Assembly: GCA_944372545.1 (NCBI GenBank)
Contig: CALVZO010000041.1
Coordinates: 3,325-67,324 of the forward strand
Source of the DNA: an uncultured Bacilli bacterium
GTDB taxonomy: Bacteria > Bacillota_I > Bacilli_A > RF39 > UBA660
Reading direction: 5' to 3'
DNA: 64,000 nucleotides
Numbering within the stretch: the stretch's first letter is position 1; every line of letters begins with the position of its first letter. Below, one piece after another: positions 7,672-17,345 of this stretch. The translations under genes were made by a program, and so were the position numbers. Below the pieces are notes generated by a model. It was not told the DNA's origin. It made no database searches and worked only from the letters and a program-made list of their open reading frames with translations.

Positions 7672-10049
7672 TAGGCTTGAGCCTCGATAAATCCTTTGAT
7701 CTTGCTTGCATTATCATAAAGTTGATAATGTTGTCCATCTGGAATTAATAATGTTGGTGCTTTTCTAATATCATATTTTAAGGCTAAAAGTTTTCCTTGT
7801 TCATCTTCAACATTAATTAATTGATATTTGATATTAGCTTTATCTAATAACATTTTAGCTAATTTACAATTTGGACAAGTAGAAGTTGTAAATAACATTG
7901 GTATTTGGATATCGTTAGTTTCTTTTGTTAAAACGACATCATCAATTCCATTTTCTTTTAAACTATGTGTAAGATGTGAATGTTCTAAATCGTAAGTTTT
8001 TCTATTTTTAAATTCTTCAGCCTTACCATCATTCCAGTTTTGAACAGGACGATAATATCCGGTAATTCTTGAATAAACCTCAGTTTTTTGATGGCATATT
8101 GGACATTCATATTCCTCACCATTTATATAACCATGATCTCGACAAACAGAGTAGGTAGGTGAAATTGTATAATATGGAAGATGATAATTTTCTGCGATTT
8201 TTCTAACTAAATTCATACAAGATTTCCATGATGGAAGTTTTTGTCCTAAGAAAGCATGGAAAACAGTGCCAGATGTATATAATGTTTGAAGTTCATCTTG
8301 AATATCTAAAGCTTTAAAAATATCATCAGTGTATCCGACTGGCAAATGGCTAGAATTTGTATAATAAGGTGTCTTATTATCTTCACTTGCAGTAATAATA
8401 TCTGGATATCTTTCTTTATCGTGCTTTGCTAGACGATACGCAGTTGATTCAGCTGGAGTAGCCTCTAAATTATATAAATCACCATATAATTCTTGATAAT
8501 CAGATAGTCTAGTACGCATATGATTTAAGACTTCTTTTGTAAATTTTATCGCTTCTGGATTAGTTAAATCTTTTTTAATCCAACGAGCATTAAGACAAGC
8601 TTCGTTCATACCTACTAAACCAATAGTAGAGAAGTGGTTATTAAATGTGCCTAAATATCGTTTTGTATATGGATATAATCCAGCTTCTAGTAATGCAGTA
8701 ACTGTATTTCTTTTAACTTTTAAACTTCGTGCAGAAATATCCATAATCTTATCTAATCGATGATAAAAATCTTGTTCATCAGTGCTTAGATAAGCAATAC
8801 GAGGCATATTAATTGTAACTACACCAATAGATCCAGTTGATTCTCCACTTCCAAAGAATCCGCCAGATTTCTTTCTTAATTCTCTTAAATCTAATCTTAA
8901 ACGACAGCACATACTTCTAACATCACTTGGTTCCATATCGCTGTTAACATAGTTACTAAAATATGGGGTACCATATTTAGCAGCCATTTCAAATAATAAT
9001 TTATTATTTTCTGTTTCAGACCAGTCAAATGTACGTGTAATAGAATAGGTTGGAATTGGATATTGGAAACCACGACCATTTGCGTCTCCTTCAATCATAA
9101 TTTCAATAAAGGCTTTATTGATCATTGCCATTTCTTTTACACAATCTTTATATTTAAAGTCTAATTCTTTGCCACCAACAATAGCGTTTAATTCTGCCAT
9201 ATCATTTGGAACAACCCAGTCAAGAGTAATGTTAGTAAATGGTGCTTGAGTACCCCAACGTGAAGGAGTGTTGACACCAAAAATAAATGATTGTATGCAT
9301 TGTTTAACTTCTTTATAAGTTAAATTGTCTACTTTAACAAATGGCGCGAGATAAGTATCAAAACTTGAAAAAGCTTGAGCACCAGCCCATTCATTTTGCA
9401 TAATACCTAAAAAATTTACCATTTGATTACATAAAGTAGATAAATGCTTTGCAGGTGCAGAAGTAATTTTGCCCGGAACACCACCTAAGCCTTCTTGAAT
9501 TAATTGTTTTAAACTCCATCCAGCACAATATCCTGTTAACATAGATAAATCATGTAAATGAATAGCAGCACTTCTATGAGCATTAGCAATTTCTTCATCA
9601 TAAACTTCACTTAACCAATAATTTGCAGTAATTGCTCCGCTGTTACTTAAAATTAATCCCCCAACTGAATATGTAACAGTTGAATTTTCTTTAACACGCC
9701 AATCAGTTACATTAATATAACTATTTACAACATCTTTATAATCCAAAACCGTTGATTTCATATTACGCATTTTTTCATGTAACTTACGATATAAGATATA
9801 TGATTTTGCAACATCAGAATACCCAGCTTTAGATAAAACTTCTTCTACACAATCTTGAATATCTTCAACAGATATTATATTATCCTTTAATTTTGGTTCA
9901 AATTCAGAAGTTACCTTTAATGCTAAAAAATCAATAACATTATCATCATAAGTTCTTTCTACTGAATCAAAAGCTTTTTTTATTGCTTCTTTAATTTTTA
10001 AAATATCAAATCCTACTATTTTTCCTTCTCTTTTTCTTACTTTATACAT
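7671..10049 (-). CDS. nrdD: Anaerobic ribonucleoside-triphosphate reductase fused to a C-terminal glutaredoxin-like domain
   Basis: ATP-cone N-terminus, MCCRLRL loop, zinc ribbon CRDHG..CPIC and glycyl-radical RITGYY (nt 8052-8069). An approximately 80-aa thioredoxin-fold tail follows, with CPNC at nt 7866-7877. Strong RBS ggaggagg. Confidence 0.9.
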   Translation of the reverse strand: MYKVRKREGKIVGFDILKIKEAIKKAFDSVERTYDDNVIDFLALKVTSEFEPKLKDNIISVEDIQDCVEEVLSKAGYSDVAKSYILYRKLHEKMRNMKSTVLDYKDVVNSYINVTDWRVKENSTVTYSVGGLILSNSGAITANYWLSEVYDEEIANAHRSAAIHLHDLSMLTGYCAGWSLKQLIQEGLGGVPGKITSAPAKHLSTLCNQMVNFLGIMQNEWAGAQAFSSFDTYLAPFVKVDNLTYKEVKQCIQSFIFGVNTPSRWGTQAPFTNITLDWVVPNDMAELNAIVGGKELDFKYKDCVKEMAMINKAFIEIMIEGDANGRGFQYPIPTYSITRTFDWSETENNKLLFEMAAKYGTPYFSNYVNSDMEPSDVRSMCCRLRLDLRELRKKSGGFFGSGESTGSIGVVTINMPRIAYLSTDEQDFYHRLDKIMDISARSLKVKRNTVTALLEAGLYPYTKRYLGTFNNHFSTIGLVGMNEACLNARWIKKDLTNPEAIKFTKEVLNHMRTRLSDYQELYGDLYNLEATPAESTAYRLAKHDKERYPDIITASEDNKTPYYTNSSHLPVGYTDDIFKALDIQDELQTLYTSGTVFHAFLGQKLPSWKSCMNLVRKIAENYHLPYYTISPTYSVCRDHGYINGEEYECPICHQKTEVYSRITGYYRPVQNWNDGKAEEFKNRKTYDLEHSHLTHSLKENGIDDVVLTKETNDIQIPMLFTTSTCPNCKLAKMLLDKANIKYQLINVEDEQGKLLALKYDIRKAPTLLIPDGQHYQLYDNASKIKGFIEAQA

Positions 10050-10067
10050 TTTAATCCTCCTCCAATA

Positions 10068-10757
10068 CTAAGATAAAGCCCGAATTTCCATATTAGGAAA
10101 ACTACCTTTCAAATTATCATTTATCATCAAAAGCTCATCATGAGAAAACCCATGTAAACTATGATTAATAACATCTTCACTATCTTCAAAATTTTGCAAA
10201 TAATATTTACATTTATTTCCAATATATTCACATATTTTTCTTAAATCATCAATTGTATGTAATTCTTTTACTATTGTAGTTCTAAACTCATAATCAATAT
10301 TACTATTTTTTAAAATATTTATACTTTCTTCAATATTTTTTAATAAAATATTTTTACCCACCGTTAATTTATATTTTAAAAATATATTCTTAATATCCAT
10401 AGCAACATAATCAATTAAATTTTCATCAATTAGTTCTTTTAGAACTTTTGGATTACTACCATTAGTATCAAGTTTAACAAGCAAACCTAAATCTTTTATT
10501 TTTTTTATAAAGCACTTAATATCTTTTTGAACTAATGGTTCACCCCCGGTAATAACAACACCATCTAAAATATTTTTTCTTTTATTTAAGTATTCAAATA
10601 TTTCATCTTCACTAATTTTACCCTTATCACATGGTATTAAACTAGAATTTTGACAAAACGAACAATTAAAATTACAACCCTTAGTAAAAATGGTGCAAGC
10701 TACCTTTTTAGGAAAATCTAATAATGTAACTTTTTGTAATCCTTCAATATAAATCAC
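10068..10757 (-). CDS. nrdG: Anaerobic ribonucleotide reductase activating protein (radical SAM), copy 1
   Basis: CNFNCSFCQN cluster, GGEPLV, KLDTNGS and YEFRTTIV. GTG start behind aggtggtgg, overlapping the upstream stop (GTGA). Confidence 0.8.
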   Translation of the reverse strand: MIYIEGLQKVTLLDFPKKVACTIFTKGCNFNCSFCQNSSLIPCDKGKISEDEIFEYLNKRKNILDGVVITGGEPLVQKDIKCFIKKIKDLGLLVKLDTNGSNPKVLKELIDENLIDYVAMDIKNIFLKYKLTVGKNILLKNIEESINILKNSNIDYEFRTTIVKELHTIDDLRKICEYIGNKCKYYLQNFEDSEDVINHSLHGFSHDELLMINDNLKGSFPNMEIRALS

Positions 10758-12715
10758 TTTACCACCACCTTTACTACTTTTACCTTTTCTTTTTCTAATT
10801 CCTTTATATAATCTTTTATTTTAGTTTTATTTCTATCAACATTTAATACTAAATTCAAACTACAAATTCTTTGATATTTTACTATATATTGATATAAAGC
10901 TTTATTACTTAAATCATTAAACAAACTACTTAAACTAGAATAAAAATCTTTTTTCAAAATCTCTATATTTCCAACCATAGCTTTATCTAATGCTAATAAA
11001 TTTTTATTTACTATTTTTGAACTTTCCTCTGCTAAAATAAAATTTAATTTTAAATCAGATTTATATTTATTTGTTTTTTCTTTCATAAATTCAACAATTT
11101 TTAAACCAAAATCCAATTTAACAACAGCTTTTTCAGAAACATCAAATAAAGCATCTAAACATTCTACCAAACCAGAAAAATTAATACATAAAACTCCATT
11201 TTTTAGAACTTTCCTTACTTTTTGATTACAATCAAGTTTTTTAGAGTCAAACAATATATTATTTTCAAAAATACCATTAAAATTCTCTTTATATAAACTA
11301 GATTGAAAATCATATCTTTGTATTAATTCATTTTTAGACAATTCTAATAAATCATCAAGTTCAGCAAAAAAGTCATTTATACTTTCCTTATTATATTTTA
11401 ATCCTAGCCTAGCCAAGTTAATTGTAATTGATGAATTAAGTATTCTACCTCGAGATGTTTGTAAATCATTATTAACATTTTCATTAATTATAATTTGATT
11501 ACTAAACGTTTCTAAATAATCATCGTATTCATTATTATCTAAATATAAAATAATAACATTATTTTTATTGTAAACCTCATCTACTATATAATCTAATGAA
11601 GTATTTTTTTTCACCTTACAAATAGTAGCAATCTTTTTAAAACTAATTTTATTTAAAATTTCAAAATATTTTTCTTTAAAATACATTGATTCAAAATCAT
11701 CAATTTCACTTAAACTAATTGATAAAGAAGTATCACTATATTTTAAATAATTACTATTAAAGTTTTTTAACAAAAGCTCAATATTTTTTAACAATTTAGC
11801 TTCTATATAATCATTAGTTATTCTATATATATCCCAAAAATAATTTTTTATTTTTTCATTTGGTAAAATTGCATCAAAAGCATCAATATTTATTTTAATA
11901 GTATTATTCTCAACTAATACATTTTTTAAATCATTAAAATCAAAAAATTCATATATTCCTAATACTTTAAAAAAACACTTTAAATTATCCAAAAATTTAT
12001 TATTAAAATCAGAAATCATTACATTTTTATATATTTGATCTAAATTTGAAATAGTTTGTTCGCCATATTGTTCACTTTTAAATCTATTTACTATATTTAA
12101 TATTTTTAAAGTAATTTCATCAATATCATTTGATTCGATACTACTAAAATCTAAATGAGATGAAGAAGTGGTTTTTAATGCATAAGATTTTAAATCATCA
12201 ATATAAATTCTCCCCTCTTCATGGGCACGAACATATTTTGATTCTAAAAGATAAGCTTTGGCAAATTCCTGAGAAATGGTCTTTCCAAAATTTAACAACA
12301 AATCGTCAGGATTAGCATTCTTAGAATTTTTAGCAGTCAATCCTATTTTTTCAATAGCTTTAACAAACTTATGTTGTTCTTTTACCGAAAAAGCTTCTCT
12401 TGAAGCGGCTCTACGCAACCGATATTCATTAAATTTTTTATATACATCATGATATCCGGCTTTTTTAAGCACATTTTCAATAATGTCTTGTATATCTTCA
12501 ACATTAATGGTTTTTCTATTTTCATAAGATTCAACTATAAATTTTAAAACTTGATTATAAACTCTATTTATTTTTTTTTCATTATTTATTTCGTTTTCAT
12601 CACTACTATCAAAAGCTTGTTTAATAGCAACAGCTATTTTAACACTATTAAATGATACTCGTTGACCACTACGTTTAACTACTACTAAATTTTCTAAAAC
12701 TGTGCTATTTTCCAT
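10754..12715 (-). CDS. ATP-cone protein, degenerate NrdD paralogue lacking catalytic Cys loop, zinc ribbon and glycyl-radical motif
   Basis: ATP-cone VVKRSGQRVSFNSVKIAVAIKQAF, with NrdD-colinear blocks RAHEEGRIYIDDL, SSITINLARLG and ILAEESS. No CCRL or RxxGY. Start placed at ATG 12715 behind GAGG; the ORF track starts at TTG 12730. Confidence 0.6.
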   Translation of the reverse strand: MENSTVLENLVVVKRSGQRVSFNSVKIAVAIKQAFDSSDENEINNEKKINRVYNQVLKFIVESYENRKTINVEDIQDIIENVLKKAGYHDVYKKFNEYRLRRAASREAFSVKEQHKFVKAIEKIGLTAKNSKNANPDDLLLNFGKTISQEFAKAYLLESKYVRAHEEGRIYIDDLKSYALKTTSSSHLDFSSIESNDIDEITLKILNIVNRFKSEQYGEQTISNLDQIYKNVMISDFNNKFLDNLKCFFKVLGIYEFFDFNDLKNVLVENNTIKINIDAFDAILPNEKIKNYFWDIYRITNDYIEAKLLKNIELLLKNFNSNYLKYSDTSLSISLSEIDDFESMYFKEKYFEILNKISFKKIATICKVKKNTSLDYIVDEVYNKNNVIILYLDNNEYDDYLETFSNQIIINENVNNDLQTSRGRILNSSITINLARLGLKYNKESINDFFAELDDLLELSKNELIQRYDFQSSLYKENFNGIFENNILFDSKKLDCNQKVRKVLKNGVLCINFSGLVECLDALFDVSEKAVVKLDFGLKIVEFMKEKTNKYKSDLKLNFILAEESSKIVNKNLLALDKAMVGNIEILKKDFYSSLSSLFNDLSNKALYQYIVKYQRICSLNLVLNVDRNKTKIKDYIKELEKEKVKVVKVVVK

Positions 12716-12930
12716 TTCTCTTAACCTCAAATTAATTATAACAAATCGTCATATAATTGCAATGTTTTTTTTTACCATTTTTTTAACATTTTTTTATTAT
12801 TTTAAATTTTATCTTTAATTTTTAGAAAAAAAAACATTTTAAATATATTGTAAATCTATGTAAATATTATACAAATAAATTACATATTTTAACAAATAAT
12901 AAAATTCAAATAACTTAAATAAATTTTTAC

Positions 12931-12959
12931 TTGTCAAAATAAACAATTTATGTTAATAT
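12931..12959 (+). promoter_or_regulatory. Sigma-A type promoter for tRNA-Met
   Basis: TTGTCA-N17-TAATAT with a TGn extension, about 20 nt upstream of the tRNA 5' end. Confidence 0.5.
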
Positions 12960-12977
12960 ATTAATACAAATTGACAT

Positions 12978-13054
12978 GGCGATGTAGCTCAGTTGGCTAG
13001 AGCATCCGGTTCATACCCGGCAGGTCGTGTGTTCGAATCACACCGTCGCTACCA
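12978..13054 (+). tRNA. tRNA with CAT anticodon (Met, or Ile2 if lysidine-modified)
   Basis: Hand-folded cloverleaf: acceptor ggcgatg/cgtcgct, D arm gctc..gagc, anticodon loop ttCATac, T arm gtgtg-ttcgaat-cacac, encoded CCA. Confidence 0.85.
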
Positions 13055-13065
13055 AATTAAAATTT

Positions 13066-13088
13066 AACTCCATGTTTTTGGAGTTTTT
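13066..13088 (+). terminator. Rho-independent terminator after tRNA-Met
   Basis: Hairpin aactcca/tggagtt followed by a T-run. Confidence 0.65.
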
Positions 13089-13181
13089 AATTTGGAAAAT
13101 TATCTATAACTTATTTTTAAAATGTGTTATACTTTTGAAAGTAAAGGAATAAATAATATGTAAGAAAAAGTTAATAAAATA

Positions 13182-13681
13182 ATGAATATTATGGAAGGTA
13201 TTCAATACGGATTTAAAGATAAGATGGGTAATAATTTAATAGATGATGAAAATGAGTGGAATAATGAATTTAATAATTTTTATTACTTACAAAGTGCTTC
13301 AGAACTTTTAAAAAGTAAATGTGGTATATGTTGGGATCAAGTAGAATTAGAAAGATATTTATTTAATCAAAATAATATTAAATGTAAAACTTATTTTATT
13401 TTTTTAGATGGCAAAGATTATTTGCCTTCGCATACATTTTTAGTTTACATTTGCAATAATAAATATTATTGGTTTGAACACTCTTGGACTGAGTACAAAG
13501 GAATACATAAATATAATAGTGAAATAGATTTATTAAATGATGTTAAATAAAATTTCAAAAAGAACATTATATATTAAAAAATGCTAATATTTACTTATAT
13601 GAAAATGAAAAACCTAAGTCACATCTTCGAAGTAATGAGTTTTATCAATATATAGAAAATCAAAAGAGAATATATTTATAA
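13182..13681 (+). pseudogene. Frameshifted hypothetical protein (putative Cys/His hydrolase-like)
   Basis: The 122-aa ORF stops at 13548-13550 inside the A/T run gttaaataaaattt. A second frame continues for 43 more codons (IKFQKEHYILKNANIYLYENEKPK...) to TAA 13679-13681. Confidence 0.5.
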
Positions 13682-13767
13682 TTTTTTGTCAACAACATGT
13701 AAATTATGTCAAAATTGCCCAAATAATGTTATAATTATGTTATTCTAATACAGAAAGCGAGTTAGAT

Positions 13768-14397
13768 ATGGAAAATTTAATTATTGGTATAATGAATAAA
13801 TATGGTTATATTGGTATTAGTTTATTAATATTAATCGAAAATATATTTCCTCCAATACCTAGTGAACTAATATTAACTTTCGGGGGATTTATGACTATTG
13901 AAAGTAATATGACTATTCTAGGAGTTATTATTGCTTCTACTATTGGTAGTGTAGTCGGGGCGATTATTTTATATTATTTAGGAATGATTTTAAATAAAGA
14001 AAGATTAATAAAAATTGTTAAAAGTAAATATGGAAAATTACTTAGAATTAAACCTAAAGATATTGAATCTGCAGACCATTGGTTTGATACAAAAGGAAAT
14101 AAAACGGTTTTTTTCTGTCGCTTTGTTCCTGTAGTTCGTAGTTTAATAAGTATACCTGCCGGTATGAGTGAGATGCCATTATTAAAATTCATTATTTATA
14201 CTATAGTAGGTAGTGCCATATGGAATACGGCATTAGTTTTAGTCGGGGCTTTTGCGGGAGATAAAAGAGATTTAATTTTAGAAATAATTGATAAAGTTTC
14301 AATATTTATTGTGATATTTATAGCAGTAGCGTTCTTTGTAGTAGTGTACCTTTTCTACAAAAAAAGACTTAAAAAAAGAAGGAAAGCAAATGACTAA
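13768..14397 (+). CDS. DedA family membrane protein
   Basis: Multi-pass membrane ORF with DedA-type blocks ENIFPPIPSE and FCRFVPVVRSLISIPAG. Confidence 0.75.
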   Translation: MENLIIGIMNKYGYIGISLLILIENIFPPIPSELILTFGGFMTIESNMTILGVIIASTIGSVVGAIILYYLGMILNKERLIKIVKSKYGKLLRIKPKDIESADHWFDTKGNKTVFFCRFVPVVRSLISIPAGMSEMPLLKFIIYTIVGSAIWNTALVLVGAFAGDKRDLILEIIDKVSIFIVIFIAVAFFVVVYLFYKKRLKKRRKAND

Positions 14398-14851
14398 AGA
14401 GAAAATCATTATTGATATTACAAATGAATCAGATTTATATTGTCCTTATAACAAATCGGAAGTATCTTCTAATTTAATTAACTATATAATTGATACGGCT
14501 AAATATATTCCAGTAAATAAAGAAATTGTTTTAGTAATCAATAAAAAAGGTAATTATGATGTTGCTTCTTTAATCAAAAAGGGTTTTGAAAAAGAATTAA
14601 GTAAAAGAATTAAAGAATATCGTATAGATAATATAAAACAATTAACTTATCTATTTTTAGGAATAATTCTTTTAATCATATATACATTTATCAATGAAAC
14701 AGTATTTAAAGAAATTGTTTTAATTGGTGGCTGGGTTATGATTTGGGCAACAGTGGAATTTGAAGTTTTTGCAGAAAGAAGAAATGTACTTGCAAGAAGA
14801 TTAATTACAAAATTAATGAATAGTCAAATAATTGAAAATAGCGAGAAATAA
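14390..14851 (+). CDS. Hypothetical membrane protein
   Basis: 153-aa ORF overlapping the dedA stop by 8 nt. Two predicted TM helices in the C-terminal half. No recognisable motif. Confidence 0.4.
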   Translation: MTKEKIIIDITNESDLYCPYNKSEVSSNLINYIIDTAKYIPVNKEIVLVINKKGNYDVASLIKKGFEKELSKRIKEYRIDNIKQLTYLFLGIILLIIYTFINETVFKEIVLIGGWVMIWATVEFEVFAERRNVLARRLITKLMNSQIIENSEK

Positions 14852-14900
14852 CTTTATTTTATTTGCAATAGAGTATTCTTTATGATAACATTTTGTTTAG

Positions 14901-15626
14901 GTGGTAAAATTGGAAAAAAGTAATAAATGGATTTTAATAATTTTAATTATATTAACATGTGTAGTAGTAGGTTTTTGCTTTTATTCTGTTATAAAAAATA
15001 ATGATTTAAAAGATAGTGATGCAAGTAAATTTTATCATGAATATACAGAATATAATGGAAAAATTAATGATAGTAATGGTCTTAGTTATGTTAATGTCAA
15101 TATAAATGATACTAATAATATTAAGTATTTAACAAGTAAAGAAGCAATTGAGTTACTTGAAAGTGGAACGGGAGTTATTTATTTTGGGTTTCCAACTTGT
15201 CCTTGGTGTCGTTCTTTAGTAAGCCCGCTTTTAGAAGTAGCACAAACTAAAAATGAAACAATTTATTATTTAAATATTTTAGATATGCGTTCATCTTTCT
15301 CGTTAAGTGAAGGGAAAATTAGTAAAACTAGTGAAGGCAGTGAAAAATATTATCAAATACTAGAGTTATTAGATGAATATTTAGAAGAATTTGTTTTAGA
15401 AGATGAAGCCGGTAACACTTATGATACAGGTGAAAAAAGATTATACGCCCCATCTTTAGTCGCAGTAAAAGATGGAGAAGTAACTTCTTTTCATGAAGGA
15501 ACTATAGATAGTCAAAATTCTGGTTATGATGAATTAAGTGAAGAAGAGTTAAATGAATTAAAACAAATTATTACCAAACTAATTGATAGTAAGAATACTA
15601 GTGTATGTACTAACGATAAATGTTAG
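14901..15626 (+). CDS. Membrane-anchored thioredoxin-fold protein
   Basis: N-terminal TM helix and CxxC motif FGFPTCPWCRS. The start may be TTG 14910 behind aggtgg. Confidence 0.6.
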   Translation: MVKLEKSNKWILIILIILTCVVVGFCFYSVIKNNDLKDSDASKFYHEYTEYNGKINDSNGLSYVNVNINDTNNIKYLTSKEAIELLESGTGVIYFGFPTCPWCRSLVSPLLEVAQTKNETIYYLNILDMRSSFSLSEGKISKTSEGSEKYYQILELLDEYLEEFVLEDEAGNTYDTGEKRLYAPSLVAVKDGEVTSFHEGTIDSQNSGYDELSEEELNELKQIITKLIDSKNTSVCTNDKC

Positions 15627-15687
15627 TACTTTTTATTTGGCTAATTAAATGTTATAATTGAGATATAGATAATAAGGGTGATTTCAT

Positions 15688-16620
15688 ATGGCCAAAAAAA
15701 ATAAAGAAAGAATAATTTTAGAAGATGTTGAATTAAAGCCGCAAGTTATTGGGTATACATATCAAAAGAAAAGTAATTTAGGAAGAGTTATTTTTATATT
15801 TATTGTCTTTGGACTTGCTATTTTTTTTATAAATGATATAAGTGTATATATTAATAATCTTTTAGGAAAAAATTCAGCCTCAACAATAGTTGATGGTACA
15901 ATACCTAATAAAGATAATAATGAAAATGATAATATTCCTGCTAATGAGGTGGTCTATAATTTATTTTCCAATACACTTACTATAACTGAAGGAAATATTA
16001 TTTTAAATAATTTTAATTTTCTAAATAATACCCTTACTTTTGATGTTAATAATAATACAAACACTAATATAGATTTAAGTAGTAAAAAATATTTTTTAGA
16101 AACTTATACAGAAAATAGAACATTATTAGAAAGACATAAATTAGATATTGGTAGTATTACTTCAAGCGGAAAAATAAGTTATGAATTTGCCTTAAATTAT
16201 AGTTTTTATTATCTAGTTTTAGAAGAAAAAACAATTGATGATTATCCAAATATTACTTTAATTGAAGATGATACAAAAGCAAGTAATCTTACTTGTAAAA
16301 AAGATAATGAAGAAATAGTATATACATTTAGAAGTAGTGAATTATATGAGATAAGACATACAATATCAGAAAATGATCCAACAAAAGAAGGATATTATCT
16401 AAACTATACTACTTATCAAAATAAAGTATCAACATATAATAATATTAATGGGATAACTGCTACATTTAATGGTAACTTAAATGGTTATACTGCAGTATTT
16501 TCCCTTAATTTACAAAACACTGATTTAAGTAATGTTTCAGAAAAATATTATTATGCTTTTAGAGAAGTGCCAAAAGTAGTTAATTTTGAAATGGAAACTT
16601 ATGGTTTTACATGTGAATAA
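15688..16620 (+). CDS. Hypothetical membrane-anchored, Asn-rich extracytoplasmic protein
   Basis: 310-aa ORF with RBS aagggtga and a single N-terminal TM segment. No family recognised. Confidence 0.4.
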   Translation: MAKKNKERIILEDVELKPQVIGYTYQKKSNLGRVIFIFIVFGLAIFFINDISVYINNLLGKNSASTIVDGTIPNKDNNENDNIPANEVVYNLFSNTLTITEGNIILNNFNFLNNTLTFDVNNNTNTNIDLSSKKYFLETYTENRTLLERHKLDIGSITSSGKISYEFALNYSFYYLVLEEKTIDDYPNITLIEDDTKASNLTCKKDNEEIVYTFRSSELYEIRHTISENDPTKEGYYLNYTTYQNKVSTYNNINGITATFNGNLNGYTAVFSLNLQNTDLSNVSEKYYYAFREVPKVVNFEMETYGFTCE

Positions 16621-16628
16621 GGAGTCTT

Positions 16629-17342
16629 ATGAAGTTACAATTAGAAGATTTTGAAGGACCATTTGATTTATTACTGCATTTAGTAAGAGTATCAGAATTA
16701 GATATATATAAAGTAAATATTAAAGACATTATTAATCAATATATTGATTTTATAAATTCACAGGAAGATTATGATATTGACTCTAGTAGTGAATATTTAG
16801 TAATGGCTTCCGAATTAATTCATTTAAAAAGTAAAATGTTAATTAATATTCAAGATGAAGATAATGAAGAAAGCGAATATAATATCAATAGTGAAGAAGA
16901 TTTAAGAATTAAGTTAATTGAATATGAAAAATATAAAAATATGTCTGATACTTTCAAGTTACTTGAAGAAAATAGAAAAAATTATTACACTAAAATACCA
17001 GAAAGTTTGAAAGATTATAGTGATAATGATAAAATTATCAATAGTGATGTTTCTTTAAATGATTTAATAAATGCTTTTTTAGAAATGCAAAAGAGAGTTA
17101 GTTATGAAAAACCAATTACCACTAAAGTTACAAAAAAAGAGTATAGTGTAAAAGAAAGAATAAAAGAAATAAGAGGTTTATTAAAAGTAAAAGGGAAAAT
17201 ATTATTTACTGAGTTATTTGATATATTAACTAAAGAAAATATAGTAGTTACTTTTTTATCTTTATTAGATATGAGTAAAAATAATGAAATTATATTAAAA
17301 CAAGATAAAATGTTTAGTATGATTATAATAGAAAGTAAGTGA
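16629..17342 (+). CDS. scpA: Segregation and condensation protein A
   Basis: N-terminal FEGPFDLLLHLV motif. Immediately upstream of scpB. Confidence 0.88.
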   Translation: MKLQLEDFEGPFDLLLHLVRVSELDIYKVNIKDIINQYIDFINSQEDYDIDSSSEYLVMASELIHLKSKMLINIQDEDNEESEYNINSEEDLRIKLIEYEKYKNMSDTFKLLEENRKNYYTKIPESLKDYSDNDKIINSDVSLNDLINAFLEMQKRVSYEKPITTKVTKKEYSVKERIKEIRGLLKVKGKILFTELFDILTKENIVVTFLSLLDMSKNNEIILKQDKMFSMIIIESK

Positions 17343-17345
17343 GTT

